A stretch of DNA of 29,069 nt from the NCBI GenBank assembly GCA_029856155.1, contig JAHQWL010000065.1, positions 1 to 29,069 of the forward strand. Reading direction: 5' to 3'. Made by a program: the position numbers and the translations under genes. Origin of the DNA: Promethearchaeia archaeon. GTDB lineage: Archaea; Asgardarchaeota; Lokiarchaeia; Sigyniarchaeales; SOKP01. Under the pieces are notes generated by a model, which did not search any database, was not told the DNA's origin, and saw nothing but the letters and a program-made list of their open reading frames with translations. Below, one piece after another: positions 10,467 to 19,578 of this stretch (the first letter of the stretch is position 1; each line of letters opens with the position of its first letter).

Positions 10467-11540
10467 TTAAACTATCGAAATTTTATCCTTTAGCAGAAGT
10501 ATGATTAATATATAACAAAATATCATAAACCCTAAAGAAATCCAAAAGAAAATAAAAACCCCATTTGATATCCAGACTAACAGGAATATAAAAAAAAAAG
10601 GCAATAAAATAATTTGAACAATTAAAGTTTCAAAGATAAGTGTTTTAAAATCTTTTTTGCTCTCCTTCTTTTGGTCTTTTTTTTCTTTACTTTTGATCTC
10701 GCTCTTTTCCTTATCCGATAGAATAAAATTATTTCTTTCACTCAAATTTTTATCTCCATTAAAATAGAATAATAAATTTATACCAGAAAGAATAAATATT
10801 TCCACCGTCAAAACCCAAAGATAATTTTTTTTTGTAAAATCCTTTAAGAATTCGATACTTACGAAGTTTCCATCTACCTTGACCTCTATAAATAAACGAT
10901 CTCCTATGTAAAGAACTGCCCAAAAAATTACTAATAAAATCATTAAGCAAATGAAAACACTTGAGGCTTTTAAAACAAATCTTTTCAAACGGTTTGAATA
11001 TTCTTTTATTTGAAGGAATCTACCTGCAAACCAATACATAGATGTCCATATGGCGATAAAAGATAGAATTATAATTATGGTAATTAATACTGTCTCAAGG
11101 AACGTCGGTTGATAATAAGAAATAAATCTCTTATTCAATTCATGTTCATATATAAAATTTAATGCCCCTAAAAATTGGGAAAATATAAGAATAATAAAAT
11201 TAACAAAAAATACAACTATGGTCTCAATGAACGATTGTTTCATCTTTATATTCAAAATCACGGGTCTTTTTTCCGGATCTTTCCAATATAAGATAGTTTC
11301 TGCTTTATCGAATACAATATTTATAAGTAAAAATGAGATTCCAATCATAGTTAACGTCTTAACATAAGTTGGAATGGCAAAAAAGAGATTTGAATATGCC
11401 CAATAAGAAATTACTAAAGAAAGAAAAATTGTAATCACTATTGCAAATGCAAACTTTAAAATTATACCTTTTTTATTGATATGAATGTTATTTTTTATTT
11501 GGTTATAATAATCTTGAGTTTTTTTAGAATTTCTGTTTAT
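10467..11540 (-). CDS. Multi-pass membrane protein (~8 TM), candidate immunity/accessory protein
   Basis: Many hydrophobic helices; frame stays open upstream of GTG 11438 to AAGGAG SD (11550-11555) followed by ATA-ATT-ATA; start uncertain. Confidence 0.7.
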   Translation of the reverse strand: MNRNSKKTQDYYNQIKNNIHINKKGIILKFAFAIVITIFLSLVISYWAYSNLFFAIPTYVKTLTMIGISFLLINIVFDKAETILYWKDPEKRPVILNIKMKQSFIETIVVFFVNFIILIFSQFLGALNFIYEHELNKRFISYYQPTFLETVLITIIIILSFIAIWTSMYWFAGRFLQIKEYSNRLKRFVLKASSVFICLMILLVIFWAVLYIGDRLFIEVKVDGNFVSIEFLKDFTKKNYLWVLTVEIFILSGINLLFYFNGDKNLSERNNFILSDKEKSEIKSKEKKDQKKESKKDFKTLIFETLIVQIILLPFFFIFLLVWISNGVFIFFWISLGFMIFCYILIILLLKDKISIV

Positions 11541-11616
11541 AATTATCGGCTCCTTTAGTATTATTTTAAAATATATTCGTAATAAAATTTTTGAAAGAAA
11601 AAGTTAGAGTATTATT

Positions 11617-12828
11617 TTAACCTACAATCCCATCAGAATCCATTATATCAAAATAACAAGCTATTCCTAATGCAACAAATGCCACAGCCATAAGACCATA
11701 TTTTAAAGCTGCAGTAGAACCTGCTGAATATATCAACTCTAATAATGTGAGTAAAAATCCTACCCCAAATGTTATTATCATTAAAATTTGCTGCCATATG
11801 TCTACCGCCCAGTAAACAGCGATTATTTGGCTTAGTATTAGACTGAAAAATTCCACTAAAGCAGCTAACATTGCTCCTTCACTAATATAACCCGCTGCAT
11901 AATAGGCGAAAAGAAAAATATACTCCATAGCACCGAATGCCATAAGTTGGATAAACAGTTTTTGTGCCCAAGGCATGCTTGCAGGTATATATACATTTAT
12001 CAACGTTGCCAAAATTAAAATTACAAATTCAGCAACGTAAAATCCCAATTCAACATCGCTAAAGTACGGATCTGGAGGAGGAGGGGGAGGAGGAGGAGGA
12101 GGATCATCAATGATAACGTACAAAATTTGAGTAGATTTAGGATTAATATTGATATACATATAACGCTTAAGTGCATTATTAAGACAATTTTTCATTAAAG
12201 TTGTCTCTTTCAACATTTTAAAAAGTATTGCTGAAACAATGTTAGCTGCAACAATTCCATCTATGATATTCGGAAAACCAATAGCATTCGGAAGATCTTT
12301 TGTTGCTCTTTCACTAAAACAGGATGCAATTATCGAATATTTCGCAGAATTATCTGTAATTATTTTCTCAACATCGTCCCAAAGTATTTTATCATTTTCA
12401 CCTTTGAGACCTTCTTCACTTCCATGCCCTATTAATATTAGTACTTGAGTCTTATAACTCTCCAGAATTCCATTTTCAAGACTTTCAACGGATATTTGAA
12501 TCACATTGATATCGAGAATACGGGACCCAATAATATTTAGTTGACCAAAATTAATTTCAGAAGTTGTACCAATCATTCCGTATAATTTTTTAACATATTC
12601 TTCCTTCTCCTGTTTTTCAAGTTCTTGTAACAAACGTTCGTTTCTGTCATTTAGATTATTCATTATTATTTGAGTAGTTTCTTCAATTATTGAATCATCC
12701 CCTACTTGTACAAGTAAAACGTCAGAATAAGATGTTGTTGGAACGCCCGCGTTTGCAATAGAAACAATATTTGTGCCTAATAATAAACTTATTATTATTA
12801 CTGAGATTCTTAATTTTTTATTATTCAT
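11617..12828 (-). CDS. Secreted protein: caspase/CHAT-like (clan CD) His-Cys protease domain, Pro10 linker, hydrophobic C-terminal helical domain
   Basis: Signal peptide ending IANA-G; ILIGHG (H135) and IIASCFS (C170); P243-P252; ~150 aa of 4-5 hydrophobic helices. Confidence 0.7.
   Translation of the reverse strand: MNNKKLRISVIIISLLLGTNIVSIANAGVPTTSYSDVLLVQVGDDSIIEETTQIIMNNLNDRNERLLQELEKQEKEEYVKKLYGMIGTTSEINFGQLNIIGSRILDINVIQISVESLENGILESYKTQVLILIGHGSEEGLKGENDKILWDDVEKIITDNSAKYSIIASCFSERATKDLPNAIGFPNIIDGIVAANIVSAILFKMLKETTLMKNCLNNALKRYMYININPKSTQILYVIIDDPPPPPPPPPPDPYFSDVELGFYVAEFVILILATLINVYIPASMPWAQKLFIQLMAFGAMEYIFLFAYYAAGYISEGAMLAALVEFFSLILSQIIAVYWAVDIWQQILMIITFGVGFLLTLLELIYSAGSTAALKYGLMAVAFVALGIACYFDIMDSDGIVG
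12073..12102 (-). repeat. (CCT)n-rich tract encoding ten prolines
   Basis: tggaggaggagggggaggaggaggaggagg on + strand. Confidence 0.95.
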
Positions 12829-13053
12829 TCTTCCCTCATTTCATTTTTTATCTTTTTCTCTCTATTATTTATATGTTTTTTTTACATTTTTGTCTGCCTG
12901 GGTGCTGTAAATTTCATCATATAAAAAGTTTTGCATTTTATTGCATATATTCATTTTTACTTTAATTTTATCTTCTTTTGCTATTTCTGTAAGTTTTCCA
13001 GTATAACTTTTGAATATTCATTATATTCGTTAGAAATCTTTCCATAGTGAGTT

Positions 13054-13586
13054 GATATAATCAACTATATGGATCGGTACAATGTAGAAAAAGCAATCAT
13101 TACAACAATAAATAGAACTAAATATTATGGGAAACAAAAAGAAGCGGCTACTAAGAAGAGTGAAAGAGATAAAATGTCAAAATTCTTAGATGACTTTAAA
13201 AAAATGTTACCAAAAGGACAATTATCACATTCTGATGTAATAGACATTGCAAATAAAGCACCCGAGAGGTTTTACAAATTTTTTTGGTTTAATCCAAAAT
13301 TATCCCCCAACGAAGAGGAAAATAGCTACAAAATACTGGAAGACCATTTTAAGAAAGGATTTTGTGGAGTAAAAATTCATCCCGGTTTTAATTTATTAAA
13401 AATTCCTAAAGACATCTTAAAATTGCTTTCCTTCATGCTAGGTTTTGATAAAGAACTCATATTTTTCTTCCATTCAATGCCTAAAACTGGTTTTTTTTCA
13501 GTTGTTTTACCTAAAGATATTGCTAGTATGGCAAAAGAATTTCCACATTTAAGAATAATTGTTGGACATGCTGCTTATTGTATGGA
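13054..13586 (+). pseudogene. Amidohydrolase copy 1, internal fragment
   Basis: Paralogue of 13792-14655 from DIINYMDRY to GHAAYCM; lacks the HxH motif and ~85 C-terminal residues; the tail of ORF 13069-13632 is out-of-frame read-through. Confidence 0.85.
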
Positions 13587-13588
13587 TT

Positions 13589-13711
13589 CTCGGAGCAATT
13601 ATAAAAAGAACAGTTGTAAGAAAGGTAGCTAAAAGAGCCGTGAATAAAGCAGTTGATCGATACTGGGAAAAAAACCATGAATTAATACTCGAAAAAATTA
13701 AAAATTTATAA
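13589..13711 (+). pseudogene. 5'-truncated second copy of the 89-aa gene
   Basis: LGAIIKRTVVRKVAKRAVNKAVDRYWEKNHELILEKIKNL* vs LGAAMRRTVVKKIAKRAIKKAVDKFWEKNRESIQEKIKNL*. Confidence 0.9.
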
Positions 13712-13791
13712 GTTTTTTATTCTTTTTTTAAGAAAATCAATCTAATATTTAGAATTCTTTTTCAAAATTCTCATAATTTAATAGGTGTATT

Positions 13792-14655
13792 ATAATATCC
13801 AGAAAAGATTTTAAGATTTTTGATGCACATCTTCATACATACGGCATTTTCCTTGATCCTCATGAAGATATCATAAGTTATATGGACCAATATAATGTTG
13901 AGAAAGCAATTTTAACTACTATAAATAGGGCAAAAATACATAAAAGCCAGAAGGATATTGCTTCAGATTCAGGAGAAAAAGATAAAATGACTAAACTTCT
14001 AGAAAATTTTAAAAATATACAACCTAAAGGTCAACTTTCTCATCAAGATGTCATAGATATCTCAAAAAAAGCGCCAGAAAGAATTTATAAATTTTTTTGG
14101 TTTAATCCAGTATTAAAACCCGAGGAAGAAGAAACTAGTTATAAAATTTTAGAAGAACATTTTAAAAAAGGATTTTGTGGCGTTAAAATTCATTCTGCGT
14201 TTAATTTAATAAATTTTCCACGTGATATTTTAAAATTGTTAACCTTTATGCAAGATTATAATAAAAATATATTATTTTATATTCATTCACTTCCAAAAAC
14301 TTCTCTTTTTCGCGGTATATCTCCCAAAGATATAGCAAAAGTTGCTAAAAAATTTCCAGAATTACGTTTAATCGTAGGACATGCTGCCTATAGTATGGAA
14401 TATGCTATTGAAATCGGTGTTGCATTAAAGAATTATAATAATATTTATTTTGAGACTTCATTATCGGCTTCATTAGGCATTTATAATTTGATCAAAACAG
14501 TTGGGCATAAGAAAATTATTTTTGGTTCAGACAGTCCAACTACCAGCCAATTGGGAGTCGAAATTGATAAAATCCTTAAATTACCTAGAATTTCAAAAGA
14601 AATAAAACAAGATATCTTTTATAATAATGTGAATAATTTACTAATAAAATTCTGA
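13792..14655 (+). CDS. Amidohydrolase_2 family TIM-barrel metal-dependent hydrolase (intact copy)
   Basis: In-frame KIFDAHLH upstream of ATG 13882; GVKIH, IVGHAA, IYFETS, IIFGSDSP; start must be ATT/ATA at 13789-13795 (in-frame TAA at 13774). Confidence 0.85.
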   Translation: MISRKDFKIFDAHLHTYGIFLDPHEDIISYMDQYNVEKAILTTINRAKIHKSQKDIASDSGEKDKMTKLLENFKNIQPKGQLSHQDVIDISKKAPERIYKFFWFNPVLKPEEEETSYKILEEHFKKGFCGVKIHSAFNLINFPRDILKLLTFMQDYNKNILFYIHSLPKTSLFRGISPKDIAKVAKKFPELRLIVGHAAYSMEYAIEIGVALKNYNNIYFETSLSASLGIYNLIKTVGHKKIIFGSDSPTTSQLGVEIDKILKLPRISKEIKQDIFYNNVNNLLIKF

Positions 14656-15012
14656 GTTTTTTTTATTTATAATTCCTTAGCATTATTGATTTATAATATT
14701 TTATACAATAATGTTTAAATTTGATAGAATAGTAAATTAATTTTATAAACTAGCGACAAATATAAGTAAGAATCGAGGAATTAGAAATTTTTTCACTTAT
14801 TTGCAATTAGATTAACCTTTAATATTGATCCTTATAAAAATTTTCCGTAATATGGTACTATATTAACCAATTAATTTTTTATTTACTTATAATTAAAAAC
14901 TAAGATAAGTTAATAAAAAACTCCAGTTTATTTTTGTTTTAATAATAAATCAATTAAAAGACAAATCCTATTTTTTTTTAATAACAAAAATTAAAAATCT
15001 AAAGATGATTTA

Positions 15013-15585
15013 GTGAGTTATTTAAGGGATAATAAAACCTGGGAGGAAGAAGACGACATAAATTGGGATGTTATAAAAATTTCGAAAGTTGACGACAAAA
15101 TTATTATGAGATTGATTGATAATCTTAGGTTAGAAACATCTGATTTATCAGATAACTTCTTTATATCTTTTGAAAGTCTTTTAAAACTTGGAAAGAAGAT
15201 AGAACCCGTTTTAAATTTATTTATCGAAGAAACTAATGAAATACACAATAGTAAAGTTGATACTTTCAATTTTATTTTGGATTTTGTTAAAAATAATACC
15301 TTAAAGTTTGTTCTAGTGCCTCAATTATATCATCCTGACTTTATTACCAGAGCTAGGACCATACTGAAACTTGCGCATTCAGGTGATTTAAGTTATTTAA
15401 ATTTTATTTTACCATTATTGAATGACCCCGACGACTCTGTTCGTTGGGCAGTAATACGATTTTTGAATATGCATAAGCAACTTCTGAAGAATCCCCTTGT
15501 TTATAGGGAACTAAAATGCTACATAGGAAAAGAATTAAATTCAGTGATCAAGAAAAAAATGAAGGACCTCTTTAAAGAGACATGA
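15013..15585 (+). CDS. HEAT-repeat protein
   Basis: LYHPDFITRARTILKL and LLNDPDDSVRWAVIRFL HEAT-like repeats. Confidence 0.75.
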   Translation: MSYLRDNKTWEEEDDINWDVIKISKVDDKIIMRLIDNLRLETSDLSDNFFISFESLLKLGKKIEPVLNLFIEETNEIHNSKVDTFNFILDFVKNNTLKFVLVPQLYHPDFITRARTILKLAHSGDLSYLNFILPLLNDPDDSVRWAVIRFLNMHKQLLKNPLVYRELKCYIGKELNSVIKKKMKDLFKET

Positions 15586-15617
15586 AGTAAACCTTTTTTT
15601 AATTCTATTTTTTTATT

Positions 15618-16649
15618 TTATAAATTACTGATAAATTTGATGATAAATTCTTTAAGAAAAGATATTAAATCACTTTTCCAGGCCATTCCATCAAGCTTTT
15701 TTGATTTAATAGTTTTGCTAAAGATTGTTATAACGTTTAAAACCAAATATTTGATATTTTCTAGAGTATTAGTTTGTTTAAGCTTTTCTGTTAATCCCGT
15801 ATAAATATCATCTGCTAAATTATAGACTAACAAATCTTTAAAACCGTCAAAATCATAAAGAGTTCCAAATTTAAAATATGAGGATAAAGATTGTGATACA
15901 GCGTTTTCGATCTCTTTATCACTAATTTCTTTTTTGCTAATACAAATAGTTTTAATCATCCTTTCAAGTAATAAGCCTTTAAAGCCAGTATCTGGCTTCA
16001 TTTCATACGTAGTTTTTTTCTTAAATTTAATTTCTCTCTTAGATTTTTCTTCTTTTCTAGCATATAGGACGTTCTCATAGTCTTTTGCAATAATATTCGA
16101 TAATCCCGAACGTAAAATTATTATATTTGTATTTATTTTTTGCACTCCATCAAAATGAGTAGGAACATTATCAATATGTCTTTCTAAAATGTCTTTAATA
16201 TTAAGATTCTTCGATTCATAAGGACTGAAAAAAATCTCGTAGAGTGCACTAAAATTATGTTCCTTAGTATCCATTCTCAGTATGCTCCTAATGTAATTAT
16301 CATACTCAAGAAAGAATTGGAAAATACAATCATCAACAGCCAAACTTATATAGTTTTGTGGATATTGAGCTCTAATTAGGTACTTCTTATACTCCAATCG
16401 AATTTTATGAGCTCTGATCCATTCAAAAGCTAAATCTAAAAGTTCTTTTCCTTCAGCTAACAAGCTTTTGAAGTAAAGCAATGTTTCATAAACTTCATCG
16501 TTGTTCGAGCCGATAGATTGATTTACTAAAAATTTTGTAATGATTTGAGTTGGCCCTGAATTTTTAAGTTGATTTTGAATTCGTTCATAATATCATAGTA
16601 ATTTTTGTTTATCAATTTTATATATTTCTTGAACACTTAATTTTTCCAT
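15618..16649 (-). CDS. Hypothetical helical protein; extended frame with an in-frame TGA at codon 19 (possible pseudogene or read-through)
   Basis: ATG 16649 MEKLSVQEIYKIDKQKLL*YYERIQNQLKNSGPTQIITKFLVNQSIGSNNDEVYET continues in frame into ORF 15618-16481. Confidence 0.65.
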
Positions 16650-16719
16650 TTTTTCTGTTTACTCTTCTAATTATAATTAGTATCTTTTATCAAGTATTAA
16701 TCCTATTTTATCAAGATCT

Positions 16720-17715
16720 TCATTTGAAATTGCAACCCCATCGTTCAAATTTAAGATGCGGATTTATTAATTTAAGAACATCTTTAAGATTTCTATTTCC
16801 ATCCAACAAAAGTCTTAAATTTTTTTTATAAAATGATAAATTTTTATTCTCATTAGTTTCTTCATTTTGTTGGATTAATATAACTCCATAACTTTTTGTA
16901 ACCTCATTTTCTATGATGTATTCTTCCAAATATACTACGTTCTTATCTCCAAAGTTTAACTTTATCCTCTTAATGTTAGGATGAATGCCTTTTTTATTAT
17001 ATATTTCTAATGTTTCACTTATTAAGTGTTCATAGTAATCTGGTAAAATTGCCATAACATAATAGGATGGTATATAATCTAAGAAAGATTTTCTTAGAGG
17101 ATCATCTTTATTAAATGTATAGAGATTTGATATTCTTAGGTTTTCACCTGTTTTTCTTTCAATTAATCCAACACAATAATAATATCTTTGCTCTTCTTCC
17201 CAATGCGCCTTTCTAGAAGCTCCGAGCGAATATTCAATTAAGTTGATCCCTCTCTCTAATTCGCTATCGATAAACCTAGTAAAATCGAAACGGTCTCCTA
17301 ATAGATTTTCATTTACAATTTTTCCTTGAATGATACTAGGATGTATATATTTTGAAATTTCATCAGAAATTAATTTTGTATCTTCTGTATATGGAGTGCT
17401 AATTAATGCAAATAGATTTGTTGTCCCATCTTCTGTTTCAATTGAGGAATTCAGGGTAAAAAATGATTGAAGAACATCTAGATCTTCAACATTTGCATCA
17501 TGTAAAGAAAGTGAAGCTTCAATAGACTCAATTACCCAATTGTGTCCAATATCCGCCGCTGCTGTTAAAAAAACTGGACCGAGAAATCTATAAGAAAGCA
17601 TCTTTATATCATTAATTTTCATATCATTAAATTTCTCTGAAAATTTGATGAGGTCAAAAACTAAATTATCTTCATCAGCATAAAACAATCCTAAAATTAT
17701 ATCTTCTGCTTTCAT
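16720..17715 (-). CDS. Hypothetical protein, possibly two longin/uDENN-like alpha/beta domains
   Basis: 331-aa ORF; fold guess comes only from hydrophobicity pattern and adjacency to a GTPase. Confidence 0.6.
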   Translation of the reverse strand: MKAEDIILGLFYADEDNLVFDLIKFSEKFNDMKINDIKMLSYRFLGPVFLTAAADIGHNWVIESIEASLSLHDANVEDLDVLQSFFTLNSSIETEDGTTNLFALISTPYTEDTKLISDEISKYIHPSIIQGKIVNENLLGDRFDFTRFIDSELERGINLIEYSLGASRKAHWEEEQRYYYCVGLIERKTGENLRISNLYTFNKDDPLRKSFLDYIPSYYVMAILPDYYEHLISETLEIYNKKGIHPNIKRIKLNFGDKNVVYLEEYIIENEVTKSYGVILIQQNEETNENKNLSFYKKNLRLLLDGNRNLKDVLKLINPHLKFERWGCNFK

Positions 17716-18041
17716 TAAGTTTCTTTAATCACTTATTCGATTTTTAACTCCTAATAAATAATAGCCCATCAAGTTTTAAGTTTAATCATTTCGAAAATAA
17801 CTCTTTTAATTCGAAGAAAGACGAGAAGAGGCATTTATATGAAGTACTAGAAAATGTATGTTATTAAAACCAAAACAAAAGAAAATTCAAACTATATTTA
17901 AAAAGAATGAAATTCATTTAAGTAATATTAAAGAGGTATAATAATATAAATACTAAAATTGATTTATTTACCTAATTACTATAAGGTTTAATGAAAATGG
18001 CGAGTTATATGACATATCTAAGAAGGAGGTTATGATAAATC

Positions 18042-18572
18042 GTGGTTTCATATGACTATACATTCAAAATTCTTTTACTCGGAGATGCATCTGTTGGAAA
18101 AACTTCTTTCACAAAACGCTATTGCTATAACATATTCAATCCAAGTGAAAGATTAACAATTGGTGTAGATTTTCATGTCAAAACGATTGAACTAAATAAC
18201 AAAAAAATAAAATTACAGTTATGGGATGTTGGAGGTGAAGAAAGGTTCAGATTTCTCTTACCAACATATTGTTTAGGAGCAAACGCTGCATTTTTACTAT
18301 ATGATATAACTAGACCTTCTACTTTAGATAACATTTCAGAATGGATTACTATTGTTAGACAAAAAGGTGGACCTATCCCAATTATGCTTGTTGGTTCAAA
18401 ATTAGATCTTGAAAAAACCCAACGTCAAGTTCAAAGAGAATATGGCATACAAATTGCTGAAAAAAATGATATGGCCAGCTTTGCAGAAATGTCAGCTAAA
18501 GATAATATCAATGTAGATGATGCGTTTAAAGTTCTTACTGAACTCACATTAGACCGAACTGGTAATAGGTGA
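18042..18572 (+). CDS. Rab-like small GTPase
   Basis: GDASVGKT, TIGVDF, KLQLWDVGGEERF, LLYDIT, SKLD, SAK; SD AGGAGGT; no C-terminal Cys. Confidence 0.95.
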   Translation: MVSYDYTFKILLLGDASVGKTSFTKRYCYNIFNPSERLTIGVDFHVKTIELNNKKIKLQLWDVGGEERFRFLLPTYCLGANAAFLLYDITRPSTLDNISEWITIVRQKGGPIPIMLVGSKLDLEKTQRQVQREYGIQIAEKNDMASFAEMSAKDNINVDDAFKVLTELTLDRTGNR

Positions 18573-18576
18573 TGTA

Positions 18577-19542
18577 ATGGAAGATACTGAATTTTTACCT
18601 CTCAATCAATTATTTGATTCAATTGGCATTATAGAAAAAGGTATTGAAAGGATATACCATTATCTTCTATTAAATAAAAGAATAGATAATTTAAAAGAAG
18701 TATGCAACCAATTTAATCTCTCATTAAAAAGAGGCTATAAAGTCTGCTCTGTATTAAGTGAGCTAGAGCTTGTTCAAATTTTCGACAGACCAATGAAAAT
18801 ACACTTAGCTCCAACTCCAATACTAAATCTGTGGCAAGATTTAATCCAAAAAAGAATTGAAAACCTTAGAAATGAATTCAATGAAAAAAGAGAGAAATGT
18901 GAATCTGCTATTGATGAATTTATTAGAAAATACAAACTGGAAGAGCAGATAGTCCAAGAACCCGTTGAATTTATTAACTATAGCATTAAAAATTTTGACG
19001 AATCATATCACCATTTCTTAGCTCAAAGTGAATGTAAAATTGCAATAGGGATTAGATATGACAATCCATTAAATAAAATGATTCAGGAAGAACAGTTTAA
19101 AAATATCCCTGATGATATAAAAACGTCTATGAGTGCTGGAATGAATAGAATTAAAGATAATCTCATAAATATAAATGTTCAAGTTATCTTTAATTCAGAA
19201 GTTGCCAAAGATCTTCTAACGAGTAAAGAATTTAAACTTTTCACTAGTCATGTAGAACCATATAATATGGAGTTTAAAAAAATAGAAATCCATGTTACTG
19301 ATGAAGCATTTAGTAATTTCAGTCTAACTGACAATGAATTGATCCAACCTAGTTTTGATCCAACCAATATCTTAATAGGGTCTTACATTTCCCGGAATAA
19401 AAACATATATCAGATATTTCATGATAAGTTTATTGAGATTTTTGATAAGGGTATATCAATAACAAAATTCATAACGGAACAACAAGAACTTAAGATTAAT
19501 TCGCTTTCAGAAACGCAAATGTTTGTTTTGTGTGTAATGTAA
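18577..19542 (+). CDS. TrmB-like transcriptional regulator (wHTH, coiled coil, effector domain)
   Basis: IYHYLL..LKEVCNQFNLSLKRGYKVCSVLSELELV..RP pattern, then a long helix; C-terminal FSLTDN..FHDKFIEIF. Confidence 0.7.
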   Translation: MEDTEFLPLNQLFDSIGIIEKGIERIYHYLLLNKRIDNLKEVCNQFNLSLKRGYKVCSVLSELELVQIFDRPMKIHLAPTPILNLWQDLIQKRIENLRNEFNEKREKCESAIDEFIRKYKLEEQIVQEPVEFINYSIKNFDESYHHFLAQSECKIAIGIRYDNPLNKMIQEEQFKNIPDDIKTSMSAGMNRIKDNLININVQVIFNSEVAKDLLTSKEFKLFTSHVEPYNMEFKKIEIHVTDEAFSNFSLTDNELIQPSFDPTNILIGSYISRNKNIYQIFHDKFIEIFDKGISITKFITEQQELKINSLSETQMFVLCVM

Positions 19543-19578
19543 AAAAATCAAGATAAAATAAAAAATAAAAAAGTAATA

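Larger units (their letters stand above)
10295..13058. mobile_element. Inserted two-gene cassette bounded by 7-bp direct repeats TTGATAT; no transposase
   Basis: Splits amidohydrolase copy 1 between KIFD and DIINYM; TTGATAT at 10295-10301 and 13052-13058. Confidence 0.55.

Noticed and set aside
13069-13632. 187-aa ORF as a functional protein
   Set aside because: Lacks the HxH motif and C-terminal barrel; its tail is a frame-shifted remnant of another gene
16720-16734. C-terminal CNFK as a CaaX prenylation signal
   Set aside because: Poor fit to the consensus and no evidence of prenyltransferases here
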